Shown here piece by piece: positions 18,173 through 27,204 of a DNA stretch of 64,000 nt. The stretch's first letter is position 1, and every line of letters starts with the position of its first letter. Source of the stretch: Myxococcota bacterium (GTDB lineage: Bacteria; Myxococcota_A; UBA796; CAJQPC01). Where the stretch lies: the NCBI GenBank assembly GCA_036229005.1, contig JAZAMN010000043.1, positions 74,569-138,568 of the forward strand, read 5' to 3'. The translations under genes and the position numbers were made by a program. The notes beneath the pieces are model-generated. The model saw nothing but the letters and a program-made list of their open reading frames with translations. It did not search any database and was not told the origin of the DNA.

Positions 18173-19831
18173 TCAGCCCTCGGGGTCTTCGATGACGACC
18201 TGAGGGCCCTGCAGCTCGGCGTCCAGGGAGCGTCGGAGCGCCTGCAGGCCCTCAAGCTCGGGGTGCTTGGCCTCCAGCAGCCTGATCACGCGGCTGGCCT
18301 TGTCCCAGTCCTGGTCGTCCACAAGGGCCTCGGCCAGCCACAGGGTCCACTCCGGCTCGTCGGAGAGCTGGTGGGCCAACTGGAGCATCTCGCTGGCCTC
18401 CTTGCGCACCGCCGCCCGCGCGGTCTCGGGCAGCACCCTGGCTTCGAGGGTGAGCACGCGGCCCAGCCACGCCTGGTACTTGGGGTCGTAGACCTGCATG
18501 CGGTGCGCGGCCCGGAGCAGGCGGTTGGCCACGGCGTAGTCCCGGCGCTCCAGGTGGCGCATGGCCTCCTTGAACAGCCGCTGGTCGCGGGGGAGCGTGG
18601 GATCCTCCGCCTCCTGCAGGTCCGCCTGGGCGGCGGCCGCCTCCACCTTGCGCACAAGCTCGCGGGCCAGGCGGTGGATCTCGTCGGAGAGCTGGGGGTT
18701 CTCGGCGACCTCGCTGTAGCGCCGGACCATGCGGTCGGCGGCCTGCTGGATGCGCTCGGCGTCCTGGGTCGCTGGGATGCCCAGCACGGTCCAGGGGTCG
18801 GCGTCCTGCAGCCGCTCCAGCTCTCGGCGCAGGCGCTTGAGGACCATCAGCGCGTCGATGTTGGAGGTCGGGGCGCTGGCGCGCGGTGCGTGGCCGCGGG
18901 TGTCGGTAGCGCGGCGGCGCGGAGCGCGCGGCGCGGGGGGCATCCGGCGGGGTGGGGGGGCCTCCGGCTTGTTGGCGCGCGCCCTGCGGTGGCCCAGGCC
19001 CAGCAGCCCGAGCCTCAGGAGCGCGTCGAGCTCCGGGCCCACGGAGTCCGGGTCCAGGCGGAAGTTGGCGACGGTGGGGCCCAGCGGCTTCTCCAGGCCG
19101 TCGCGCAGCAGGCGGCGGGTGTCCCGGTGCAGGCTGAGGGCCTGGATCCGGGGCGTACCCGGCATGGCCTGGAGCACCCGGTTGCGCTGGTGGTCCACGA
19201 AGCGCTTGTCCGCGCCGGCCTTGGCAGCCTGGAAGAGAAGCTGTCCGAAGCGGTCGGGGTCGGGGTGGGGGCGCGCCCGGCCCGGGGTGAAGTCCAGCTC
19301 CGAGGTGTCGAAGAGCAGCCTGGAGACGAGCTGCTGAGAGGACTCGTCCAGGGGAGCGCCCTGGGCCATAAGCGCGGTGCCGTGGGGAGAGGTCAGGGTG
19401 CCGCTGCGCTCTCCAAGCCAGATGGCCACCAGCCGCGTGAGGGCGTGGAGGTTGGGGCGGCGCTCCCGCGCGCTGTTGTTGTGCGCGTGCACGCGGGCGA
19501 CCGTCTCGGCGATCTCCAGCAGGGGCGCGCCGCGATCCATGCCCGCGTCCGCCTGGAACTCCTGGCTGAGGCCGTCGATGCGGCGGCGGCCAAGCACCAC
19601 CACGGCCAGGTTGGGCGAGGCCCGCTTGCAGACCCGGATGGCGTCCGCGGCAGGCAGGCCGAGCTCCACGTTGGTGACCAGGACGTTTGGCGGGCGCGCG
19701 CGGCTGGACTGGCGGGCGGACTCCAGGTCGGGGCTCGCAGCGACGGAGAACCCCTGGGCCAGCAGAGCGGTCCGCATGCCTCGGCACCAGGAGGGGTCGT
19801 CGTCAAAGAGCAGGACGTGGGCTTTGGGCAA
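18173..19831 (-). CDS. Pseudo-receiver + J-like domain + TPR protein
   Basis: VLLFDDD receiver start; DPWTVLGI...IQQAA.RM..RY J-like segment; C-terminal TPRs. TTG start inferred. Confidence 0.7.
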   Translation of the reverse strand: MPKAHVLLFDDDPSWCRGMRTALLAQGFSVAASPDLESARQSSRARPPNVLVTNVELGLPAADAIRVCKRASPNLAVVVLGRRRIDGLSQEFQADAGMDRGAPLLEIAETVARVHAHNNSARERRPNLHALTRLVAIWLGERSGTLTSPHGTALMAQGAPLDESSQQLVSRLLFDTSELDFTPGRARPHPDPDRFGQLLFQAAKAGADKRFVDHQRNRVLQAMPGTPRIQALSLHRDTRRLLRDGLEKPLGPTVANFRLDPDSVGPELDALLRLGLLGLGHRRARANKPEAPPPRRMPPAPRAPRRRATDTRGHAPRASAPTSNIDALMVLKRLRRELERLQDADPWTVLGIPATQDAERIQQAADRMVRRYSEVAENPQLSDEIHRLARELVRKVEAAAAQADLQEAEDPTLPRDQRLFKEAMRHLERRDYAVANRLLRAAHRMQVYDPKYQAWLGRVLTLEARVLPETARAAVRKEASEMLQLAHQLSDEPEWTLWLAEALVDDQDWDKASRVIRLLEAKHPELEGLQALRRSLDAELQGPQVVIEDPEG

Positions 19832-19874
19832 CTCGGCAGCTCCAGAGTGTGCGCGCCAATGATAGTCCAGCCGC

Positions 19875-21113
19875 GTGATCGCCTCCCGACAACTGGACCT
19901 CGCCGCGAGCCCCGGCGCGCTGATCTCCGCTTTGGCTGGGCAGGTCTCGGACCTGTGCGCCCTTCGGCTGGGGGGGCGCGTTGTGCTCTGCTTCGGGGCC
20001 ACCGCAGAGGTCCAGGTCGCGCCCGGTTGGCAGGACGCCGTGCGCGCGCTCCTCCGCCCGGATCCGGCGCCCCAGGGTGTGGCCTTCGCGGGGGGCTGCG
20101 TGGGCTTCCTGGGCTACGAGGCGGGCCGCTTCTGCGAGCGCATGCCCGATCCCAGAGAGGGGGCCTCGCTGGGGGATGGGGTGTTCCGGCGCTACCCGGG
20201 CGGACTCCAGCGCCTCGCCGATGGGTGGGTGCTGGTGGGCGAGCCCGGGTGGGTCTCCCAGGCCCAGGCGGTGATCCAGGCATTGGACCTGCAGACCCCC
20301 ACCGCACCTCTCCCCCCCGAGCTGGTCCACGCGCCGCCAGACGCCGAGTACGCGGCCGGGGTGCGGGAGATCCTGGAGCGCATCGCCGCCGGGGACCACT
20401 ACCAGGTCAACCTGTCCCGGCGACTGGAGCTGGCCCCCACCGAGCGTCCGGAGCGCCTGCTGGCCGCCCTGCTCGCTGCCCACCCGCTGGCCCCCCACGG
20501 CGCGTTCCTCCAGGTTCCGGGGGGCGCGCTGATCTCCGACTCGCCCGAGCTCTTCTGGCGGCTGGAGTCGGGGCGGGTGCACACACGACCGATCAAGGGC
20601 ACGGCCCCTCTGGGCTGCGAGGCCGCGCTGGAGTCCGACCCCAAGGAGCGCGCCGAGCTCACCATGATCGTCGACCTGATGCGCAACGACCTGGGCCGCG
20701 TCTGCACGCCGGGCAGCGTCCAGGTGTCCCCCCGGCGGATCTTCGCGCTGCCGACCCTGCTCCACGCCGAGCAGCAGGTGGAGGGGCGGCTGGCCCCCGG
20801 GCGCGACGCGCTGGATCTGATGGACGCGAGCTTCCCGCCGGCCTCGATCACCGGGGCGCCCAAGGTCCAGGCCATGGCCACCATTCACGCCCTGGAGTCC
20901 ACGCCGCGCGGGGCCTATACGGGGGCCATCGGGGCCTTCCTGGACGGCGGGGACGCTGAGTTCTCGGTCGCGATCCGGGTGCTCCAGGCGCTCGACCACA
21001 CCACCTTGCTCCACGTGGGCTGCGGCATCGTCGCGGACTCGGATCCCGCGAGCGAGGTGCGGGAGACCTGGCTCAAGGCCCGGTCATGGCTGGGCGAGCG
21101 CCCGGGCGGCTGA
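19875..21113 (+). CDS. pabB: Chorismate-binding enzyme, aminodeoxychorismate/anthranilate synthase component I family (PabB-like)
   Basis: GDHYQVNLS; SPELF; TRPIKGT; KERAELTMIVDLMRNDLGRV; FPPASITGAPK; RGAYTGAIG; GCGIVADS. Confidence 0.8.
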   Translation: MIASRQLDLAASPGALISALAGQVSDLCALRLGGRVVLCFGATAEVQVAPGWQDAVRALLRPDPAPQGVAFAGGCVGFLGYEAGRFCERMPDPREGASLGDGVFRRYPGGLQRLADGWVLVGEPGWVSQAQAVIQALDLQTPTAPLPPELVHAPPDAEYAAGVREILERIAAGDHYQVNLSRRLELAPTERPERLLAALLAAHPLAPHGAFLQVPGGALISDSPELFWRLESGRVHTRPIKGTAPLGCEAALESDPKERAELTMIVDLMRNDLGRVCTPGSVQVSPRRIFALPTLLHAEQQVEGRLAPGRDALDLMDASFPPASITGAPKVQAMATIHALESTPRGAYTGAIGAFLDGGDAEFSVAIRVLQALDHTTLLHVGCGIVADSDPASEVRETWLKARSWLGERPGG

Positions 21114-21656
21114 GAGGGGGTCGGCGGCGGCCAGGATGTCGGAGATCACGGCCCAGGCGTCCACCCCGGTCGCGCGCAGCTCTGGCAGGCGGGCCCGGGT
21201 GATGCCCCCGATGGCGACCACCGGCACGGTCGCGGCCAGGGTGACCTCGGCGACGCGATCCAGTCCCTTTCCGTGGCCCGCGCTGCGCTTTGTGGCGGTG
21301 GAGAACACGGGCCCAAAGCCCACGTAGTCCACCCCCTCCTCCTGGGCCCTCTGGAGCTGAAGCAGGTCGTGGGTGCTGCGCCCGCGCAGGCCGCAGTCGG
21401 GGGGGAAGGGGCCGTCGTCCTGGCCCAGGTGCAGGCCATCGGCCAGGGCAGCGAGCTCGGCGTGGTCGTTGACGATCAGGGGGACGCCGGCGCGGACGCA
21501 CAGGGGATGGAGGGTGCGCAGGGCCTGGGCGACGCGCTCGGTGGGCCAGTCCTTGGCGCGGAGCTGGAGGGCGCAGAGGGGGACCTCCAGGAGCAGGGTG
21601 CCCAGGGCGACGGGGTCGCCGAAGCTGGCGTCGGCCATGCCGTAGAGGCCCTTCAC
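21084..21656 (-). CDS. thiE: Thiamine-phosphate synthase
   Basis: QLRAK; LIVND; GLHLGQDD; GRSTH; DYVGFGPVFST.TK; VAIGGI. Confidence 0.95.
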   Translation of the reverse strand: MKGLYGMADASFGDPVALGTLLLEVPLCALQLRAKDWPTERVAQALRTLHPLCVRAGVPLIVNDHAELAALADGLHLGQDDGPFPPDCGLRGRSTHDLLQLQRAQEEGVDYVGFGPVFSTATKRSAGHGKGLDRVAEVTLAATVPVVAIGGITRARLPELRATGVDAWAVISDILAAADPLSAARALAQP

Positions 21657-22853
21657 TCAGTCCTTCCTCAGGCCCAGACGGACGGCCTTGGTGTGCAGGG
21701 TGTTGCGGGCCACGCCCAGCAGGCGCGCGGCGGCCTTCTGGTTGCCTCCGGTGCGGGAGAGGGCCAGGCGGATCAGGGCGCGCTCGGTGGTGTTGACCAC
21801 GAGCTGGTAGAGGCCCAGGCCGGTGCTGGGATCGAGCTGCTCGACCATGGGGCGCAGGCGCTGCTCGACGAGCTCCTCGAAGCCCTCGGCCTGGATGATC
21901 ATGGACTCGTCGGCCTGGGGCTGGACCAGGCTGAGCACGGGCGGGGGCAGGGCGGCGGCGGCGATCACCGGGCCCTCGGTCGCGGCCAGGGCCTGGATGA
22001 TGAAGGCCTCCAGCTCCTGGGCGTTCCGGGTCCAGCGGTGGCGGCGGATCAGGGCCCAGAGCGCGCGGTCGAAGCGGCGGCGAGGCAGGCGCATGCGGCG
22101 GCGGTGGCGCTCCAGGTAGAGCAGGGCCAGGCGGCGGAGCTCGGGCTGGCGCTCGCGCAGGGGGAGCATGGGCAGGTGGCGCCAGGTCAGGAGCGCGCGG
22201 GGGCGGGGGCGGCGTGAGGAGGCGACCAGACCCCAGCCGGCGTCTTCGGCCTCCTGGGCGAGCTGCTCCAGGGCGGCGTCGGTGAGCAGCTCGGCGGCGG
22301 TGACGTAGACGGTGCCGGGGGGGCCGGTCAGGGGCCCGGTGAGCTGGCCCTTGGGGGCGACCAGGAACTCCCCGGGGCGGCCGGAGAGCTGGTGGATGCG
22401 CTCGGCCAGGCGCTTCTTGCCGGACCCGCGCTCCGCGGCGATCAGGACCGGGAGCCCCCCGGTGGCGGCGGCGGCCAACGTGTCGGTGGTGTCCTTGCCC
22501 AGGCCCAGCAGGCGGATCTCGCGGCCCAGGTCCCCGCGCTCCACGCGGCCGGTCTGCAGGCGGGTGAGCAGCAGGGGGAGGTTGCCGGCGGCCTTGAGGC
22601 CGTCCAGATCGGGGCCCACCGTCCGGAGCTTGGGGCGGTGCTCCACGGAGCGCGCGATGGCCGAGAGGAGGCCGGGATCCAGCTCGGGCAGGCGGCTGTC
22701 GACCAGGGCCAGCTTGAGCTCGGGCTGGCAGATGGCGGCCAGGAGCTGGGTCCAGCTCGCGGCGCGGGAGTAGGGGCGCCCGGCGCGGCGGAGCTGTCCC
22801 TCCACCTCCTCCAGGAGCGTGTCGTCTGCGCTGGCGATCACCACTTGGGCCAT
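21657..22853 (-). CDS. Degenerate NtrC-like regulator (receiver - eroded AAA+ - Fis HTH)
   Basis: AERGSGK.RLA..IH..S.R; PLRER..EL; W..NA.EL; ALSRTGGNQKAAARLLGVARNTL; no GAFTGA. Confidence 0.8.
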   Translation of the reverse strand: MAQVVIASADDTLLEEVEGQLRRAGRPYSRAASWTQLLAAICQPELKLALVDSRLPELDPGLLSAIARSVEHRPKLRTVGPDLDGLKAAGNLPLLLTRLQTGRVERGDLGREIRLLGLGKDTTDTLAAAATGGLPVLIAAERGSGKKRLAERIHQLSGRPGEFLVAPKGQLTGPLTGPPGTVYVTAAELLTDAALEQLAQEAEDAGWGLVASSRRPRPRALLTWRHLPMLPLRERQPELRRLALLYLERHRRRMRLPRRRFDRALWALIRRHRWTRNAQELEAFIIQALAATEGPVIAAAALPPPVLSLVQPQADESMIIQAEGFEELVEQRLRPMVEQLDPSTGLGLYQLVVNTTERALIRLALSRTGGNQKAAARLLGVARNTLHTKAVRLGLRKD

Positions 22854-22922
22854 GGGCCTGCGACTAACCCGCTCAAGCTGCCCCTTGCCCTTGACGTTGC
22901 AGGCGCGATAGACAGCGACGCT

Positions 22923-24674
22923 GTGAAGACCTGGATCCTCTTGTGCGCGGCCGCGGGCCTCGCCGCTGAGCCCCCGACCTCCACCTCGAAAGAGGGGAGC
23001 ATCTGGTCGGAGATCGAGCAGGAGTCCGGGGTACAGCTCTCGGAGACGGCCGAGCAGGCCACCCTGGAGCTGGCCGAAGAGCGCTTTGACGAGGAGCGCT
23101 TCCTGGGCACCGGCGGCGTCGGCCGCGAGGTCGAGTGGGGGATCTACCTGGACCCCGTCAAGGCCCTGGAGGACGACCCGCTGCACCTGGCCAAGGTGGT
23201 CCCCGCGGAGTTCGACATCCCCGTCGTGGTCAACCCCATGGTCGAGAAGTGGATGCGCTACTTCACCGGCCGGGGGCGCGCGCACTTCCACCGCTACCTG
23301 GAGCGCCGGGCCCGCTACGAGAGCATGATCCACGCCCAGCTCGAGGCCGCCGGGCTGCCCCGGGACCTGCTCTACGTGTCCATGGTGGAGTCCGGGTTCT
23401 CCAACACCGCCCGCAGCTACGCCAGCGCGGTGGGCCTCTGGCAGTTCATGACCCCCACGGGGCGCGCCTACGGCCTGCGCATCGACTACTGGGTCGACGA
23501 GCGCACCGACCCCGCCAAGTCCACCGTCGCCGCCGCCAAGTACCTGGACGACCTCTACAAGATGCAGGGCGACTGGTACCTGGCCTGGGCCTCCTACAAC
23601 GCCGGCCCCGGGCGCGTGAACGCCGCCTGCCGCAAGCACAACACCCGGAACTTCTGGGTGGTCGCCGAGCAGGAGACCCTGGCCGTCGAGACGCGCAACT
23701 ACGTGCCCAAGATCCTGGCCGCAGCCATCCTGGGCAAGCACCCCGAGCGCTACGGCTTCACGGATCTGGACCTCAAGGCGCCCATCGCCTACGACACCGC
23801 CGTGGTCGAGGGCAGCTACACCGTGGCCCACCTGGCCCGTCTGGCCGGGACCGACGCCGACACCATCGAGTCCCTGAACCCCGCGCTGCTCCGCGGGGCC
23901 ACCCCGCCCAAGGGCAAGACCGAGGTCCGCCTCCCCCGGGGCACCCACGGCGCCTTCGTGGCCGCCCTCGCCGCCCAGCCCGAGCCCGATCAGGTCGCCT
24001 ACCAGCGCCACAAGGTGCGCAAGGGCGAGTCTCTGGGCAGCATCTCCAAGCACTACGGCGTCCCGGTCGAAGAGCTCGTCCGCCTCAACAAGATCCGGGA
24101 CCCCAACCACATCTACCCGGGCCTGGAGCTGGTGGTCCCCGTCAGCGGCGCCGCCCCAACCGGCAGCGCGGACACCCCCGCCAGCGCGCCCGCCAAGGCC
24201 GCCACCCGCACCACCCACACCGTGCGCAGCGGCGAGACCCTGGCCGCCATCGCCACCGCCTACGGCGTCAGCATCGAGCAGCTCGTCGCCGACAACGACC
24301 TGGGCAACGCCGACCACATCGAGGTCGGCCAGAAGCTCACCGTGCTGGGCGGCAGCCCCCAGGCCACCCAGAAGCTGAGCTACACCGTCAAGCGCGGCGA
24401 CTCCCTGTCCGTCATCGCCTCGGACTTTGGCGTCACGACCGCCCAGATCATGGAGTGGAACGGCCTCAAGGACGCCTCCCACATCGAGCCCGGCCAGGTC
24501 CTCAAGCTCTACGGCGCCTCCCACCAGTGGGTCGAATACCAGGTGCGCGCCGGCGACTCCCTGGGCCTCATCGCCGAGCGCAACGGCTGCTCCGTGAGCG
24601 ACCTGCGCTCCTGGAACGACCTGAGCAGCTCCACCATCTACCCGGGCCAGACCCTGCGGATCAAGCGTGGCTGA
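22923..24674 (+). CDS. mltD: MltD-like lytic transglycosylase with four C-terminal LysM domains
   Basis: VESGF; A.GLWQFM..TG..YGL; ASYNAGPG; ETRNYVPK; four V..G(D/E)(S/T)L..I LysM repeats. Confidence 0.92.
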   Translation: MKTWILLCAAAGLAAEPPTSTSKEGSIWSEIEQESGVQLSETAEQATLELAEERFDEERFLGTGGVGREVEWGIYLDPVKALEDDPLHLAKVVPAEFDIPVVVNPMVEKWMRYFTGRGRAHFHRYLERRARYESMIHAQLEAAGLPRDLLYVSMVESGFSNTARSYASAVGLWQFMTPTGRAYGLRIDYWVDERTDPAKSTVAAAKYLDDLYKMQGDWYLAWASYNAGPGRVNAACRKHNTRNFWVVAEQETLAVETRNYVPKILAAAILGKHPERYGFTDLDLKAPIAYDTAVVEGSYTVAHLARLAGTDADTIESLNPALLRGATPPKGKTEVRLPRGTHGAFVAALAAQPEPDQVAYQRHKVRKGESLGSISKHYGVPVEELVRLNKIRDPNHIYPGLELVVPVSGAAPTGSADTPASAPAKAATRTTHTVRSGETLAAIATAYGVSIEQLVADNDLGNADHIEVGQKLTVLGGSPQATQKLSYTVKRGDSLSVIASDFGVTTAQIMEWNGLKDASHIEPGQVLKLYGASHQWVEYQVRAGDSLGLIAERNGCSVSDLRSWNDLSSSTIYPGQTLRIKRG

Positions 24675-25932
24675 CATGCTCTCGGCCAAGGCCGCGTTGG
24701 CGCGTTGCCTGCAGGCCACCCTCCCCGTGCTCGCCGAGCGCGTCTCCCTGGACCTCGCGTTCGATCGCGTGCTGGCCGAGCCCATCGTCAGCCCCCTGAA
24801 CGTCCCCCCCTGGGACAACTCGGCCATGGATGGCTACGCGGTCCGCGCCTGCGACGTACAGCAGAGCGGCGTCACCCTGCGCGTGCTCGAGACCATCGCC
24901 GCCGGGGCGGTCCCCAAGAACGAGGTGGTCGAGGGGACCTGCGCCCGGATCATGACGGGTGCACCGATTCCCCGCGGTGCTGACACGGTCATCATGGTCG
25001 AGCGGACGTCCACCAGCGAGGACATGCGATCCGTGACCCTGCATGAGCGGCCCAGCCCCGGCCAGAACGTGCGCCCCCTGGGCGGCGACGTGCGCAAGGG
25101 CCAGCGGGTGCTCGAGCCCGGCACCGTGCTCACCCCCGCGGCGGTCGCCCTGATCTCCAGCCTGGGCATCCCCAGCGTGCTGGTCGCGCAGAAGCCCCGC
25201 GTCGCCATCCTCTCCACCGGCGACGAGGTCGTGCCCCCCGGCTTCCCCAAGACCGCTGGCCAGATCTACGGCTCCAACACCCTCGCGCTCATAGGCCTGG
25301 TCCGCCAGGCCGGCGCCGAGCCGGTGCACTGCGGCATCGCCCCCGATGACCCCCAGGGCCTGCGCGACGCCCTCCAGCGCTGCCTGCGCTGCGACCTGAT
25401 CCTGACCACCGGCGGCGTCAGCGTGGGCGACTTCGACCACGTCAAGGACGTCATGGGCGGCGTGGACTTCTGGAAGGTCGCCATCAAGCCCGGCAAGCCC
25501 CTGGCCTTCGGGGACCTGGAGGGCGTGCCCTTCTTCGGCCTCCCCGGCAACCCGGTCTCCTGCATGGTGAACTTCCTCCAGTTCGTCCGGCCGGTGATCC
25601 GCCAGTCCCTGGGCGACCCCAAGCCCTACCTCCCCGTGGTCCCCGCGACCCTCACGCACCCCCTGCGCAAGAAGCCCGGCCGCGCCCACCTGTCCCGGGT
25701 GATGTTGCGCCGGGATGGGCAGCGCTGGCTGGCCACCCCGACCGCCACCCAGTCCTCCGGCGTGCTGATGACCATGGTGCTGGCCGACGGCCTCACCCTG
25801 CTGCCACCGGACGCCGGGGACCAGCCCGAGGGCGCCGAGCTCCTGGTGCAGCTCATCCGCCCCGACTGGGGCCGCGCCGAGGACCCCCAGTACCCCTGGG
25901 ACCACGACCCGCTGCACGACCACGGGTGCTGA
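24667..25932 (+). CDS. moeA: Molybdopterin molybdotransferase
   Basis: PPWDNSAMDGYA; IMTGAPIP; STGDE; TGGVSVGDFD; KPGKP; GLPGNPVS. Confidence 0.96.
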   Translation: MADMLSAKAALARCLQATLPVLAERVSLDLAFDRVLAEPIVSPLNVPPWDNSAMDGYAVRACDVQQSGVTLRVLETIAAGAVPKNEVVEGTCARIMTGAPIPRGADTVIMVERTSTSEDMRSVTLHERPSPGQNVRPLGGDVRKGQRVLEPGTVLTPAAVALISSLGIPSVLVAQKPRVAILSTGDEVVPPGFPKTAGQIYGSNTLALIGLVRQAGAEPVHCGIAPDDPQGLRDALQRCLRCDLILTTGGVSVGDFDHVKDVMGGVDFWKVAIKPGKPLAFGDLEGVPFFGLPGNPVSCMVNFLQFVRPVIRQSLGDPKPYLPVVPATLTHPLRKKPGRAHLSRVMLRRDGQRWLATPTATQSSGVLMTMVLADGLTLLPPDAGDQPEGAELLVQLIRPDWGRAEDPQYPWDHDPLHDHGC

Positions 25933-26439
25933 GTGCAGGCGGTTGTCCTCGCTGGCGGGCGCTCGTCTCGATTCGGCTCGGACAAGGCCCGTTTCCCGGT
26001 GATGGGCCAGCCCATGGCGCTGCGGACGGCGCGCCTCCTCCAGGAGCTGGGCCTGCCCGTCGTCCTCTCCGTGCGAGACCGCGGGCTCGGTGACCTGGGC
26101 CTGACCCTGCTGGTCGAGGATCCCGAGCTGCCGCGCCACCCCCTGGCCGGGGTCGTGACCGCTCTGGAGGCCTTCCCCGAGGTCCTGCTCGTCCCCTGCG
26201 ACCTGCCCCAGCTCCCCCTGGCCGCCCTCGTCCGCCTGCGCGCGACCCCCGCCCCTGCGGTGGCTTTTGACGGCGAGCGGGTCCACCCTCTGCTGGCCCA
26301 CCTGGACCGCCGCAGCCTGCCCAAGGCCCGCGCCCTGCTGGAGGCACAGGGCCCGGTGATGCCCCTCTCCGACGGCGCCGCCCGCGTTGAGCTTCCGCCG
26401 CCCTGGCTTGTGAACCTCAACCGGCCGCCTCCGGGATAG
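25933..26439 (+). CDS. mobA: Molybdenum cofactor guanylyltransferase
   Basis: VLAGGRSSRFGSDKA; PLAGV; PCDLP; NLN.P. Confidence 0.9.
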   Translation: MQAVVLAGGRSSRFGSDKARFPVMGQPMALRTARLLQELGLPVVLSVRDRGLGDLGLTLLVEDPELPRHPLAGVVTALEAFPEVLLVPCDLPQLPLAALVRLRATPAPAVAFDGERVHPLLAHLDRRSLPKARALLEAQGPVMPLSDGAARVELPPPWLVNLNRPPPG

Positions 26440-26457
26440 AGTGGCTGTCTGGAGGCT

Positions 26458-27204
26458 GTGATGGCGGATCTGCGCGTTCTGGTGGTCGACGAGGCCCTCG
26501 CGGCCAAGGCGCTCAAGGCCCTGGGGGCCGCGGAGATCGCCGTACAGGCGCAGGGCAAGGTCGCCCAGGACCAGGACCCCGTTCGGGCCGCCGTCTCCAT
26601 CCTGGGAGAGCTGCGCGCAGCCCGCACCCCCGCTGCGCCCGCTCAGGAGGGCCTGCAGGTCCAGCCGATGGCCGCTGAAGAGGCCCCCGAGACCCCGCTC
26701 CCGTCCTGGCAGATCGCTCTGGCGGAGAGGGGAGGGGTTCTGCAGCGCGACAAGCGGGTGGGCCCACCGCCTGCGCTCGCGTCCTCTGCCCCCATCATGG
26801 ACGTGCTCAACTCCGCCGGCGAGGTCGGGGTGGTGCAGCTCGGCGATGAGCGCTACGCCGCCTACGGCTGGCCCGATCTGCGCCGGGAGAACGCCAAGGT
26901 GCTGCTGGTCGGCCCCGGCGAACCCCTGGGCGAGATCGTCGCCCTCCACCGCCTCCCCGCCAAGGTCGGCCTCTGCCGCCGCGGGGGCGGGCTCCTCCAC
27001 AGCACCGGGCGCATGGGCCGGACCTCCACCGAGGTCACCGGCAGCGACTACCCGGGGGATGGACGGCTCTTCGCGGTCGACAGCGACGCGATCTGGGTCC
27101 TGGACGGACAGCAGGTCAGCCGCTGGGACGGCCACAGGGTCCAGCCGCAGGGGGCACCGAGCTCCGCGCTGGCCTCGCTGATGCTCACCTGGAGTCAAAG
27201 ATGA
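26458..27204 (+). CDS. Hypothetical protein
   Basis: GGAGG RBS, host codon bias, ATGA-coupled to the next gene. Confidence 0.6.
   Translation: MMADLRVLVVDEALAAKALKALGAAEIAVQAQGKVAQDQDPVRAAVSILGELRAARTPAAPAQEGLQVQPMAAEEAPETPLPSWQIALAERGGVLQRDKRVGPPPALASSAPIMDVLNSAGEVGVVQLGDERYAAYGWPDLRRENAKVLLVGPGEPLGEIVALHRLPAKVGLCRRGGGLLHSTGRMGRTSTEVTGSDYPGDGRLFAVDSDAIWVLDGQQVSRWDGHRVQPQGAPSSALASLMLTWSQR

Noticed and set aside
18160..18177. Recurrent CTGAGC...GCTCAG hairpins at stop codons (also 5061, 53178)
   Set aside because: Largely explained by facing TGA stops and stop-codon context; the stems are short with no U-tract.
21657..24827. 1056-aa ORF as a single protein
   Set aside because: Only 21657-22853 is coding on the minus strand; the rest is antisense to mltD. 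The ORFs at 27983, 53854, 53914 and 60947 are similarly over-extended.
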